NCBI RefSeq assembly: GCF_009914755.1
Contig: NC_060926.1
Length of the DNA: 64,000 nucleotides
Direction: 5' to 3' (one strand)
From: the human T2T-CHM13v2.0 reference genome, Homo sapiens
Shown here: positions 1 to 13,693 of the stretch, piece by piece
Numbering within the stretch: the stretch's first letter is position 1
How the letters are laid out: each line of letters begins with the position of its first letter
Made by a program: the position numbers and the translations under genes
Notes under the pieces: model-generated
What the model was told of the DNA's origin: nothing
Databases searched by the model: none
What the model saw: only the letters and a program-made list of their open reading frames with translations

Positions 1-257
1 TGACACTATATCTCTTAAATCTGGAACGGTGTTGCACATAGTGGAAGCAAAATGCCTGTTAAATTAATAATGGCACTCAATAAATTAAGTATCAGACCAG
101 GGGATTCAGGAGCTGTTTGGAAGAAAAAATACCTCTAAGTATTGGGTTGGTGCTGCTAACACCTAACTTGAAACATAATTATTTCAAACTTCCCTAAGTT
201 TCCCCATCATGCAAGTAGACCCCAGACATGCAGCAGCCCCCACACAGATGCACTTAC

Positions 258-343
258 AGTAATCGCAGGTGGTATAAAGTGCGATTGTCCTGCTTGAGCC
301 ACGGCCCTTTATCGAACTTCAGGTATTCAATGTCCTCTACCAC
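258..343 (-). CDS. NDUFA10: NDUFA10 coding exon 8 (VVEDIEYLKFDKGPWLKQDNRTLYHLRL-); gene continues beyond the left edge of the window
   Basis: Minus strand reads tcttag|GTGGTAGAGGAC...CGATTACT|gtaagt. 86 bp, in frame with exon 7. Confidence 0.96.
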
Positions 344-406
344 CTAAGACAGGAAAAATTCCAATTTAAACAGAGAACCCCATTTTAGAAATTTAAATGA
401 AATAAC

Positions 407-703
407 TTTTTTTTGAGACAGGGTCCGGCTCTATCATCCAGGCTGGAAAGTAGTGGCACAATCACAGCACACTGCAGCCTTGGCCTGCTGGGCTCAAGCA
501 ATCCTCCCACCTCAGCACCTCAGCCTCCCGAGTTGCTGGGACTACAGGCATATGCCACCACACCTGGCTGATGTTTGTATTTTTAGTAGAGATGGGGTCT
601 CACCATGTTGCCCAGGCTGGTCTCAAACTCCTGGGCTCAAGCGATCCTCCTGCCTCAGCCTCCCAAAGTGCTGGGATTATAGACGTGAGCCACCATGGCT
701 GGC
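407..703 (-). mobile_element. Alu SINE (AluJ-like)
   Basis: Poly-T, then gagacaggg...gcctcccaaagtgctgggatta...gagccaccatggctggcc. Explains ORF 453..713. Confidence 0.9.
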
Positions 704-2364
704 CAAGAGGTAACATTTTAATACATTATAAGCTATGAATATTTGGCAGGAAGAATCACACCGTTAACAGTCAGAATGGAAGTGAAGCTGGCTGACCTTT
801 AATGAAATGGTGGGGTTGAGTGTTGCATCACAGTATGGCCTTGCCTAGCTAACACTCAGGGATCAAGTAGGACAGACATTACCCTGCAGGCTGGGAGAAA
901 AGGACAGGTGAGAACAATGAAGACTAGGGGAGAAAAATCAGCCTTCAGGACAGGCTACTCATTTCTTCCCAAGTAAGTTCCTTCTAAAAGGCAAAACCTA
1001 GCCCCTCAAAATGACAAAAGAATAAGATACAAACCCATTACCTAGAGAGACCTAATGATCTAGGTGCCCGGCCTCAAGGCTGGCTGTCTACACAGTCTGA
1101 CTTTCCAGAGGAGTAATCTTTCCATACGCATTCTCTCCTCACAACAGGCCAAACTCATGAACCCTCTTTAGTTTCGGGAATTTGAGTAAATTCAAAAATG
1201 AACTCAAATAACATAGTATTGGAGACAAAACGTATTATTCTTCTTCTAAGATACATGCCACCTAAACAGTCTCTCAAAGGTATATAAATACTCTAAAAAC
1301 AGAAACAGAAGGCGGAGGAGAAAATGAAATGTAATTTAATCAGTCTGAGTAGAATAAACCAAGGTCTCAAAAGAACTTTACAACTGGTAGTAGGAGAGCC
1401 TGGGCGAGAATGCAGGGCTTCCCTCTGCAAGGAGAATGCTACTCTCTGTGCAGAAAAGCTCAGTCAACCTCCCTCTTCTCACCCTCCCAATGCTGAGAGG
1501 CAACTGAAGCACGCTTGTCACCCCAGCAGCCAACTATGCAAAGCTTCTCTGTTACACGGGCACCACTCACACTTCAAGACCAGATCCTGAAACTTGTATT
1601 TTCTTCTAGAATTGTTACACCTCGTTTTGTTTTTAGTAATTTATGCTTAATATATAAAATACAAAATAAAAAACTTGTTTTTTAACAAATGGATGCTCAG
1701 TTGCCTCAGTACCATTTAGGAAACAATTTTCCTCTACTTCATTTTTGTAATTATCCTTTAAGGAACTAACTTTGCCAAACTGAAGATACTTACACACAGG
1801 TGCATACATGTTTCTGGACTCTTGTTTTGTTCCATTAAGCTCTTTATTAATTCTTGCATTAACACCACAATGCTCTCCTTACTACAATCGTATAGTTTGT
1901 TTTTGTATGTGAGAGGGCAAATGTTCTTTCGTTATTCTTCTTCAGATGTTTTAATGTTTGTCTGGCTGTTATTCATAAAGTTCCCTGAAAACTACACCAA
2001 GATTTACTAGACTTTCACAAAACACACTAATTTAAGGAAAACTGTTATCTTTACATGTAAATCTTTCCCATTAACTAATCCAACTTTCAATTTTCCATCT
2101 CTTTAATAAAAATGGTAGAGTGGATGACCCAAGATTCTGTGACATCTGTAATTTTCAGATCGTAGAAACCGAATTACTTGAAAGAAACTCGAAACCTCAT
2201 GGCCAGGGGAGTGTGATGATGGGTTTGACTGGCACTGCTTTCAGGTGATAAAACAGTGATGTTTGTTAAGACCAGTGGGAATCTAACTGACGATCTGATT
2301 TGCAAGAACCTTACACATGAATCAAATGTAGGAATAACTTTCAACTTTTCAACCATTTTCTTAC

Positions 2365-2419
2365 CTTTTTTGAATCTTGAGCTTCCCTTGCAGAATACTG
2401 TAAAACCTCACATTTTTCA
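2365..2419 (-). CDS. NDUFA10: NDUFA10 coding exon 7 (-EKCEVLQYSAREAQDSKK)
   Basis: ttttcttacag|TGAAAAATGT...TCAAAAAAG|gtaag; 55 bp. Confidence 0.96.
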
Positions 2420-2805
2420 CTGTAAGAAAAAACAAGATGAAATTCAGTGTAAACTTTTCCAAGCTGAAGTTAAATGTACAAATGAATACATACCGCTAAA
2501 GTCTCCTGCTCAAATTTAAAACCTCACATTCTCTGCACTGGGCATTGTGCTGGGCATGTGAGGGTGCATTAGAGCTTGACTGGTTCAGGAGGACATGTTA
2601 AAAGCCAGAATGTTCTCATGGCTGGCTTGACAGTGACAACAGCAGGACCATTTCCTCGTTTCCCTTCTCCTGACTACACTGCCCCCAAGCCAAGGGCGTG
2701 ACAGACCACAGCCATCACTGTCCACAGGAGCAAGGTACATGAGCCATGTCAGCAGCTGCACATACCATCGCCAAAGGCAGTGCCCGCTGCACGGAAGGAC
2801 AACGA

Positions 2806-2980
2806 AGCCCAGGGCCTAACCGAGCACAGGCAGAAGGCATCTTTACACCAGAGCACCCTCCACAGCCCAGGGCCTAACCGAGCACAGGCAGAGGGCATCT
2901 TTACACCACAGCACCCTCCACAGCAGGGCCTAAATGAGCACAGGCACAGAGGGCATCTTTACACCAGAGCACCCTCCACA
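2806..2980. repeat. 58-bp tandem repeat, ~3 copies (NDUFA10 intron 6)
   Basis: Unit agcccagggcctaaccgagcacaggcagaaggcatctttacaccagagcaccctccac starts at 2806, 2864 and ~2922. Confidence 0.9.
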
Positions 2981-5900
2981 CATTTAGGATGTAAACATAC
3001 AGGGTAAGTAAATACTCCAAGAATGTACAAGCTATTTATTCTCATACTGAAATCAGCATCTGACCCCTACAATGGTACCAAACAAACTTCACCAACTCTG
3101 CTGACCATCTTCAACAGACCACTGGTTGATTAAATTACGTAGTACAGGTAAAGTGCTTGTATTTTATTAAGTCTCATCATTACTGACTCACATCACTTCC
3201 AAAGTGTAGGAAAAAGAAAAAAGTCTTCAAGCTCTACAATCACTCAGTAACACATCTGTTCCACACAAGTCTATAACTCACAATTCAGAGTCATACAACT
3301 GGATAACAGATTCTTACTGCAACGAGATCACTGCACTCCTCACAGCACCCTTAAGATCAACATAAATGGTCAGAAACTGCAAGCAGAATGAACAATAAAT
3401 CCATAGTGAGGAAAGTAACTTACTGCATTTGCCATTAGGGCTGGCAAGGAAAAGGCCACACTAATTACAGGACTTGCTGTATTGCTTCCTGAACCTCTAC
3501 AGCTACCCATTGTTAATACGAAGAGAAAGGCACAAAGTGACAAAGGAGAATAATTCCCTCTGCAAGTCACCTAAGTGAATATTCAACTGAAGTGTATAGG
3601 AGACAGAGGTCTTAAACATCCCTGATGAACAGGGCTGGCACAGAAACATTATTTGTTCTCACACAGCAATATGAAAGGTCACAAACTATTTGACATATTT
3701 GCACAAGAGTGGTCATGAGAGATCAGGACGATGTGACAGTTTCGTTCAACACACATAACTGAACAGACATTAGCTGAAGCCCCACCAGGAGCCAGGTGCT
3801 GTGTGGGGTATGGAAGGTGGGGAAGACAGGGCTCCTGCCCTTAATGAGCTCCAGACCCCAAACTACCTGATGAGAGCAACCTGGAGAGTCCATTTTCTAT
3901 CTTCTGTGCGCCTCCATTCAGCATGCTAACAACCTCGGCAACAGACAAATAAAACCGCCTCCGTCCAGTCACACCTGCCTCTCATTCCCACTGCCTTGTG
4001 AAAGGAGGCCTAAAATAAGAAGGTATCAAGTGTGGAGTCAGGGATCTGGAGGAAACCCCCATAAAGGGCTGGGCCAGCAGTTCACGTGCAACCTCAATGG
4101 TGGTTATTCCTATAGGTAGCTCAGGGCCGAGGAGAGCCACAAGCTGTATTACTGAACCCCCAAGTTATTTCAATACTTCCAGAGCCTCCCCAGCTCCTCA
4201 CCCACCTTAGAACAATCTGAAACAATAAAGACAGTTACAAAACTCGCTACATGTCAGGCTGGTCACTCAGTGCTCCTCTTCTTGTCTCTGAAATCTCAGA
4301 GGTGACGATTCTTTCTCAGAAAGGCCTTCCCTACCCTGTCTTGTGTACCTCTGTGTCTCAGCTAACACTGACACTGGGAGCTAGCAGTGTTGGAGCTGAG
4401 TAAATAAGTATATGTTGAACACGGGAATGGCCAAATGTTGGTGAAACTAAGTTGATACTCATTAACACATTCACAATTAAGGTAATGAGGAGAAAGACAT
4501 GTACGCCTAAGATCTGGGTCATAAATATTGACAAAGCCAGAAAATACACATTCCTATGAGAGTTAGCTCATTGTACCTCTTAAAATCCCACAATACAAAT
4601 ATTTTGGAAAAGGCTGCAATGCTCTTTATGCATTCATAAGCAACAAATACAAAAACAGTGAAGCATCACCATGTATCAGCACGTGACAGAGAGAAGGGCT
4701 AACACAGGAGGAACTGCTCAAAGACAGGAGACACAGAACTTCAACGGAGCCATCATCTTGTCAGGTCAATCTGCTTTATTTCAAATACTAGTATTAAAAC
4801 TAAAAACATTTCTCTTATTTAGTTTTGATTTTACTGTTTATTAATTATCTATGATCTAACAATATTGTCTTCTAAGGTCTAACCTAAGATCTAACAATAA
4901 AAATATTCAGTATTTAACTAAACAATGGTTTAAATATACAAGCCCGGGAAACCTAATATTGTTTCTGTTGGAAAATAACTCCTGAATTCTAAAATGCTAA
5001 TGGCCAATAAATTTTAAAATACAACTCGTCATAGGTTTCTTGCAATTTTACAAAAAATAGTTTCAGCCAAATTTCATAGTGAATTTCTATGAGAAAACTT
5101 TTAAGATCCAAGTCCATCACAAAGCTGCAGTTTGATCTTGGTCTACAATTCAGCACTTAAAATAATGCATACTGCATAGAGTACATCTGGTACTCATTCT
5201 TCAATGTGTGACAAATGACCCCTACATCAAGTGGCTCCCATCAATCCATACGGCTTGAGCTGTCAGATAAGATCTACTTTAACAATGAACAGAGACTGTA
5301 TCTGTTCCTAAAACAGGAGTTAAAAACACAGCAAGACCAAGTGGTAAGAAATAAATGCTTGAGGCTTAACGAGTCTATGAGGGCGGCAAAGTAAAAGAAA
5401 CTCTTGCCCTGTGCACAGGCTGAAACCAGCCATTATTTTGCTGATGTTGTAGCTAGAAACTCCATTTGAGAAATTATGACAAAGCTCTTTCTCAGTGATG
5501 TTTTTGAAGCCAGAAGATCTCCAAGAGTAATTTTTGAGCCTGAAACTCTAGGGTCAACTATCTCTGTTTATGCTGTTTATTCACGTTGGCTCTAGATACT
5601 TCCCTTGGTATTGTGGCCTTGGAAATAGGGCAGTACAACAGGTTAAAAGGAAGCCAGAGGCCACCCAGTCTTCTTACCACCTAAGAAAGAAACGCTCACC
5701 ACAAACAAGCAGAGATGACATAAACGTTAATACTTACGGTACAGAAAAAACTCCCTGAATAGAACATTTCTCTTATTCACTTTTGATTTTATTATTACCT
5801 ATGGTCTAACAATATTATCTTCTAAGGCTGTTCATTGTAAATATTCAGTATTTAACTAAAATAAATGTAAAAATAAAACTTTTTTTCTAAAATTGCTATA

Positions 5901-6665
5901 CTTTTGTTTTTATTCACAACTTCAGTTACTTTGAAATTTTAAACAACAAGAACATGAGATTTTTAGGCACCGAAAGAGGCTTAGGGTTTTAAAAAGTATG
6001 AGAAATAGTATAAAAATCTTCAATTCAAGCATTATTCAAACAATCTGAGTTTAACTGGATGTGAATGAGTGTGGCAGACATTCCTTACACACGAATATAC
6101 CCAAGGAGCGCAGAATGACAAGCCATAGGATGAGTGAAACCACATTTTCCATGTGCTTTCAACAAAGAAAGAAAGGGGGAAAAGAAAGAAAAACAGTCTG
6201 GTGGTGTTTCCTTCATCTAATCCAAACATCTCTCAAGGACATCAATTAAGAATGTCTAGAGAAAGTGTTATCTTTCATGAATTTTCTCCATGAATACACT
6301 TCCAATCAATCCTTCTAGGTAAACACGAATGTTTAGTTGCCACCTGAAGTAAAAATACACAAGTTCTCTATGGTAAAACCTGTCATGGAATAGAGCTTGG
6401 TTTACTTCTAGCATCAAAAAACTTCAGAAATATAGCAGAGCAAAAGTACTGACAAGATAAGCAAACCAAAACAAATAAACCAATAAACCCCACAAAAATC
6501 AAACTGAAATGTCTCCTGTTTTTCTTATTTATAAACATCAGATTAAACATCTCAGACAATATCCACTGCAGTAAATAAGACAGAAAACTCCCTGGGCTGT
6601 TGGGGCCTAAGAAACGAGTGGCGAAGAAGTTTTAGCCCTGTAAATCAGTCGTGTGTTTGGCTCAC

Positions 6666-6745
6666 CTCATCTCAGGGAGAAAGGTTTTCTTATAGGCATT
6701 CTCAATGTCCTGTAGATAGGCAGAGGTGATCTTCATTTCATGTGG
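6666..6745 (-). CDS. NDUFA10: NDUFA10 coding exon 6 (PHEMKITSAYLQDIENAYKKTFLPEM-)
   Basis: ctgtttag|CCACATGAAATG...GAGATGAG|gtgag; 80 bp. Confidence 0.96.
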
Positions 6746-7369
6746 CTAAACAGAAGCAGAAAAATCAAACTGGGAAACATTTAGAGTTCATTCTCTTTGA
6801 CCTGTGCGTATATAAAATGCGAAGACAATCACTGACCACCATTTTCTTACAACTCACACCGGGCACTGTGGGGACTGCGGGGTGACAGCAAAGGGTCCCA
6901 ACATCAGCTAGAGTCATTCTCCTTCTACTACAGTGAACACCTGAGCCTGCCCAAGTGCTCCCATAGCGTGACTTTCTCCACACATTCTAAGATGTATACT
7001 TAGGGCAAGAAAGATGCCTGTTACGAAGCAGCACTGCCTGTCTTTCCTGTCTGCCTCGTGCCTGAGTGCAGGAATGAAAGAGCACCAAAAATTGGGGGCA
7101 GCGGCCTGTCTGTCCGCCATCTGTCCTCAGCACACTCTCTTCTTGTCACCTGACTCTCCCTGCATCTCTCCAACTTGCTCGCCACCTCCATCGCTCACCC
7201 ATCTCCCCGCAACCACTTCTCCCACTTTCTACGGTTGTCACCTCTCTCATCATCTGAAATGCACTATGCGAATTTCAGAAACTTGAATATCTAATTATGA
7301 GTAGCAAGTTTTAAAATTTAAAACTCCTTACAGTCTCACACTATCTTCTCAGCCCGTTTTGTTTTCTTC

Positions 7370-7735
7370 ACATCATTTACCTCTATTTGATGTATTTATT
7401 TATCTCCTTGCTTGCTGTAGGTCTCCCCCATCAGCATATGAGCTCACGGGTGAGGACCTCATCCACCCTGCTCACTGGTATGTCCCTAGCACCAAGCAGG
7501 GTCTAGGACAGGGTGGATGCTCAATCAACACTTACAGGAGAGAGAGGAAGGAAGAAAGAAATGAATAGGCCTGCGGTTTCAACCTACAAAATGATGAAAA
7601 CATTCTAAAACTGGATTATGGCAAGAGTGGCAATAACTTGGTAAATTTACCCAAAATCATTCAGTCGTACCCTTAAAATGGGTGAATTTTATGGAGCATA
7701 AATTATACCTCATTAAAGCTGTTCAAAATAAGAAA
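7370..7735 (+). mobile_element. Degraded L2 3' end followed by an old L1M 3'-end fragment
   Basis: Resembles L2 tail (gtccctagcacc...tgctcaatcaacactt) and L1M terminus (taaaatgggtgaattttatg...aaattatacctcattaaagctgtt). Confidence 0.55.
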
Positions 7736-8769
7736 AACCCTATCATTCAAAGAATATTTACTGAACATGTATTAATTCCAGTAATGCGACGGGGCACAGG
7801 GAAAGGATGATACAGGCAATGCTGCACTTCATTGCTCTGTCAAAAGGGGGAAAGGCAGTAATTGGGAGTTCTATTTTCCAATAAGGACTTGGTGTCTGGG
7901 CAGAGACCATCTTTGTTCATCTTTGCAGCCTCCTAGGTGCCTGGCACAGGCGCCTTGCATATAGGAGGTGCTCTGTATTAGAGGAGTGAGTGAAATCAAC
8001 AAAAGTATAAAAGAGGTGATATGATTCTAAATCTCTATCATTAGCTATGTGCCAAGTAGAATAAGATTAAATGTTAACTGATTATAAAAGAAACTCTAGT
8101 GTAATATAAGCCCATAACATGCAACATAACACAACCATCTCAGAAATCTGACCTGAAGTTACTTGATAAAATATGTAGTTATTGATCACTTTGACTGTTT
8201 TCTTAGAATCTAGAAATGGTTTTCGGATATTCCTATCAGTTATTCCCAAAAGGTGCAATACTGAGACACAGACTGCATTGAAATAAAAATCAAAATAAGA
8301 ACACAGACTTACTGATAATGTGATGTCTTTTATAAAATGGGGTAATTTTACCTGATGACAGTATTGAAGACTTTACTTGGAAAAATTAAGAAGTTGACAG
8401 CTCTACTTTAGACCTCAGAATTATTTTTGAAATACTGTTTTCCCAGATAACAAAAGAATTATCTAGAGAATGTTAAATGTATGACTTTGTTTTTCTCAAT
8501 AAATGTCAGCATAATAAGCAAAGGTGTCCAGTTAGTCCACTGAGAAACAAACATTTTGAACTTGCAGTTCCCTCCTTTTGCCACTTGATGGAAGGTTCTT
8601 AGAAGTCTAGCTATACAACATACTTACAAGCATATGCTTAAACAATAAAAGTTCCAGAGTGGCAATAGAAAGGCATACATAGACATCTCGCTGTTTCTAC
8701 TATTGCAACAGAGAAGGAAAGTTAGTCCCATGGATCTTTCAGGAGCAGCAAAAAATAACCAGAGCTTTA

Positions 8770-9239
<470 letters not shown>

Positions 9240-9788
9240 TCAAAAGGCGTTGCTTCGAGGCCACCTAATTAAGATCCAATGAAAACTACAAAGAGTAAAT
9301 GGATGTGTGTGGATATCACTGCTCTACTGTTCTAGAATTGGTAAGTAAGAAAAAGGGGGAGAGGCACGATTTGCGTTAAATAGATTGAAGTGATGAGGGA
9401 TATTAGAAATTGCTTCCAATGTGGAAGAAAACGATAGGACACAAAAACCTCATCAGAGAACAGAAAGGTACGTGACAGAGGGATGGAGGACGCTCTGCCA
9501 GGAGGCCCTCACCAGCCTCCCAAGTTTAAACAGCTGAGGGGACTCGGGGACCACAGTGGGACCGCAGAGCACTGGTGGGCGGCAGGCCCGCAGGCTGTGG
9601 CACCAGGCCGAGCCATGGGGTCTCCCCTCCACCCCTGCAGATGCCCTCTCTCAAGTGGGAACAGGGTGTGTGTCACCCTCCTCGTGAGGACTGGTAGGAA
9701 TTAGTATAAATGCTATTAAAACAGGGCTTTTAGTGCTGATCTGCATTCAAAATAGAGATGCTTGGCCTTTGATTGAAAACTGCATTAC

Positions 9789-9910
9789 ATCTCCTTTCTT
9801 CTGAATCCGCCTCTGGACCTCTGGAACGGGCACATCGATGTAAATCACCAGGTGGGGGGGCAGGTAATCGCAGATGGTGACGCTCTTCACCTCGTTGTAG
9901 TGGTCCACAC
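9789..9910 (-). CDS. NDUFA10: NDUFA10 coding exon 5 ([40 protein letters not shown])
   Basis: gtgccag|GTGTGGACC...GGAGAT|gtaatg; 122 bp. Peptide visible in ORF 9747..10007. Confidence 0.97.
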
Positions 9911-10922
9911 CTGGCACATAGGAGAAAGGGGCGCTGTCACCTACCAGTCCCCACACGGGTTTCCAAAACACACTCCTCCTTGAATAAAAGGGCAAACATA
10001 CACGCAATTCTCAAAGCCACGTACCAATCTACAAACCCTATCTCGGTCACAGTTCTAAGCACTGACCACACACATGGCATGTGACTGTGCTCCAGGTGCC
10101 ACGGGGCATGTGCAGACAGCAGCTGTGGTGCCCACAACCCTGAAAACAGGGCTTGTCGCCTCCACTGTATTTACAAACCAAAGGTCTGAGGCCCAGAGAA
10201 ATTAAGCTACTTACACAGAGTAAAATAGCAGCATTTAAACTGTGACCTTAATCATCCTAAAAGACAGATCTTTAGCACATCTTAGCCACATTTAAGGGTT
10301 CACTTTTGCTCCTGAGGCAAGACGTAGGTCACGCAAGATGGAGGTCACAGTTCAGTGATCTTTGAACTGAAATATATTCCATATACTTGCAGTATATATG
10401 TTGCAGGTATATAGTATACATGCTACTATATTTCTTCACAGTAATAATAGATACAAGAGTCTGGTCTTCTCTGAAGAATAAAGAACAGCTTTAAATACTT
10501 TATTTTTCAAATAACTCAGCTGAAAATCATCAAGCTACATTTATCCCGGTTCAGTAGTATAATCAGCTGCACAGAAGTATCTACTGAGTCAGATTTAGTG
10601 ACAACATGAAATTGAAAGCAGCTAAGGCTGAGGAATAATTCTCCTAAAGTGATCACTACACAGAATGCATAATCCAGGGGGCACCCGCAGGGCCCGTGCC
10701 ACCCAAGGGAACCCTGCCGCTCTTCAGAGCACTCTGCACCTGCACATGCTCATGCACACCCGACCTCCCAGAAGCCAACAGAGAGTGCACGCCAGTGCAT
10801 GTGGAGAGGCCATGCTGAGAAGCCATCCCCTCTGCAGCTTTTCACGTGTGGAACCTTCCAGAAGTGACAGATGGCCATGCTAGGGTCCACAGAAAGACAA
10901 CTATTTTGCTTTAAAGGAAATG

Positions 10923-11126
10923 GGCTGGGCACAGTGGCTCACGCCTGTCATCCTGGCACTTTGGGAGGCCGAGGTGGGCGCAGATCACTGGAGCCCAGGA
11001 GTTCAGGACCAGCCTGAGCAGCATGGTGAAATCCCATGTCTACCAAAAATACAAACATTAGCCAGTCTCCTAACCTAGTCTCAAAATAAATAAATAAAAA
11101 TTTTAAAAATTAAATTAAAAAAAAAA
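10923..11126 (+). mobile_element. Alu left monomer plus linker, right monomer nearly absent, A-rich tail
   Basis: ggctgggcacagtggctcacgcc...aaaaatacaaacattagcc, then agtctcctaacctagtctc and (aaat)n/poly-A. Confidence 0.8.
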
Positions 11127-13546
11127 GTTCCAGTGAGCATTCCTAGTAACCTCACTCTAGAGGCAACTGTGGGATGAGCCTTTGGCTCAGGGTCAGGAAC
11201 GGCACGAGCTAAAGAACAAGGAAGACCACCCAGGAGGAGGTGTGACAAAGCAAAGGACGGAGGCTGCCAGTGGAGTACCGTTCACCTGAGCATACAAACA
11301 CAAACCCGCAGCCAGGCAGAGCACACGGGACCTCGGGTCTGCTTCCTGACTGCTGGACCGGTAGCAGGCCGGTCTCTCCTGCTGCTGAGGTGAAACCTCC
11401 CTTCACCGAGTCTGCTCTCACCCTGCTTCCCACCCTCACCCTTACTCCTGTCAGTACACCCACTTCTCAGGTGGTCCCCACCTTGCTCTATGCCACCTGT
11501 CCTTTAGCCAACATGATCTGCTTTCCCCCAGCCCAGCACTCAAACGACTCTGGCTAACATCACCAGCCCCCGAAAGGTGAAACGTGACAGTCACTTCTCA
11601 GTTCCCATCAGAGTCACAGCACATGTGACACCAACAACCAACCCTCCCCACATCCCCTCTGCTTCCTCCTGTGCACCTCTGATCATTCAGCTTCAATCCC
11701 TCAGTGGGGGTCTCATCACCCCAGAAATGGTCCCCAAAGGATCTGGTCTCAGCCCTCCCCCATCACCCCTTGGGCTTTCCCAAGGAAAGCATGCTCACGG
11801 TCAGTGCTGGACCCCCAACGCCTGCAGACTCCAGCCCAGGCCAGTCCTCAGACTTCAGCAGACACTCAGCAGATGCCGACAGGTATCTCCTGCCACCTTG
11901 CCATGGGAACCTCACACTCAGGAATCCAACGCCCAAACATGAAGCCACATCGGTCCACTGCCCCTGTGCATCCTTCCCCCTTAGCGGCCCACTAGCCAGG
12001 GCAGGTCCACGCCACTCCCCACTGTGCACACAGGAAACCACCCACCCAGGCCTGCCCAGTGTCCCTCCTGAGCGGCAACTCCCACTGCCCAGTGCAGCCT
12101 CCCTGCTGTGCACGCCTGTCCCACCCCAATTTCCTCCCAGATAGGCTCCTTCCCCTTCCGTCTCTCCTCACCAAATGCATCCTTCAGATGAAGGCCTGCA
12201 ACCATTTTAAACTCACATCTAACCATGTCTCTGCCATGCTAAAAATCCTCCAGTGGTCCCTCACTAGTTTCAGGACAGAAGCCAAGCATCCTCGCCGAGG
12301 CGCAGCTCCTTCCTCGTGCAGCCTCATCCAGCATCATTCTCCCCCAGCACCCAGCCCTCACTATAGGACACCACCACCAGCCTGTGGCACACGCAGGCTT
12401 CTCCACCATCCCCACACGTCCCTCACTCCCACTGCGCTACAGATGACAGGCCATTCATCAAAACAGCTGTCCCTGACACTATCCCATCTCCCAGCCGGTT
12501 ACACATTTCTCCTATGTGCCCCCAAAGCACCCAGGAGTAATGCTCAGGAGTGCTAAGTACACTTTATTACAATGAACCATCCCCATTGGTTCAACAGCCC
12601 CCAACCCCGGGCCCGTGGGAGCCTTGTCTTAAGTTTCTTCATATTCATATCCCTAGCACCTAAGAGAGCCTGCCACACCACAGGCACTCCAGAAACACTT
12701 GCTGGTGACCTGACCCGCTGCTCAGCATGTCCAGGGAGGATCAGCCCCTATCAGAAGCACGGGCTTGCAGTGCTCTTGCGGGCGGCAAGCTCACAGGTGG
12801 AGTACCGGCAACACCAGGACACACAAGCAGCCAGAAGCAGGCGCCTCCTCCACAGAATGGTCACCTGGCTTGCTTCGGCCTCCTCTTTCATTAATCAACA
12901 GTACTTCCTCTGAGCTCCCAGATTCCAGCTTTCCACTGGCTCCAGCCACCCCAGTCTACAGATGAAAATGCCGTCAGTCAGACTGTCCACCAGGCCTATT
13001 CAACCCACCGCCCAACACAGTCCTAGTCACAGACACCCCAACCCCACCCTGACTCCTCAAGGTCAGCCTGCTTCAAACCAGGGGGTCTTTGTTCCTTTCC
13101 ATTTGCCACTTGTCAGACCTTCCCCAATACAGCAACACAAAGCTACTGTCCTGAAAAACGGCAGCGTGTCAGAGGGAAGCACTGTGATGATGCTGGCAAC
13201 TGGCAGGGCTAACATCCCAATTCATCAAAATCACACACTAGAAACTGGAAAGTCTGTTACAATTAGAGCTACAGCCTAGGTATTGCTAGGGCAAGCTAAG
13301 AGCGGGGGAGGTTCTAACGGGAGGCTGTGGGGGCTGCACTTTAAGCTGCGTGTGTTTGAGGTCCAGAGCTCCAATCTGCTTTCACAGGGAGACATGACAG
13401 CACAAAAGACACCTATTTCAGGAGGGAGAAAGGGTGGAAGATACTTAGGAAGTTCCTTTTTCCAGCGGAGACCGATTAAGTAATGGCATTTATTCATCTA
13501 TCTAACAGACATTCATAAACACAGTAAGTGCAAGGTGAGTCTATCA

Positions 13547-13693
<147 letters not shown>

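Noticed and set aside
453-713. Alu-derived ORFs (also 8767-9268, 20595-20922, 45216, 47541, 52943, 53864)
   Set aside because: Typical Alu translation products, not genes.
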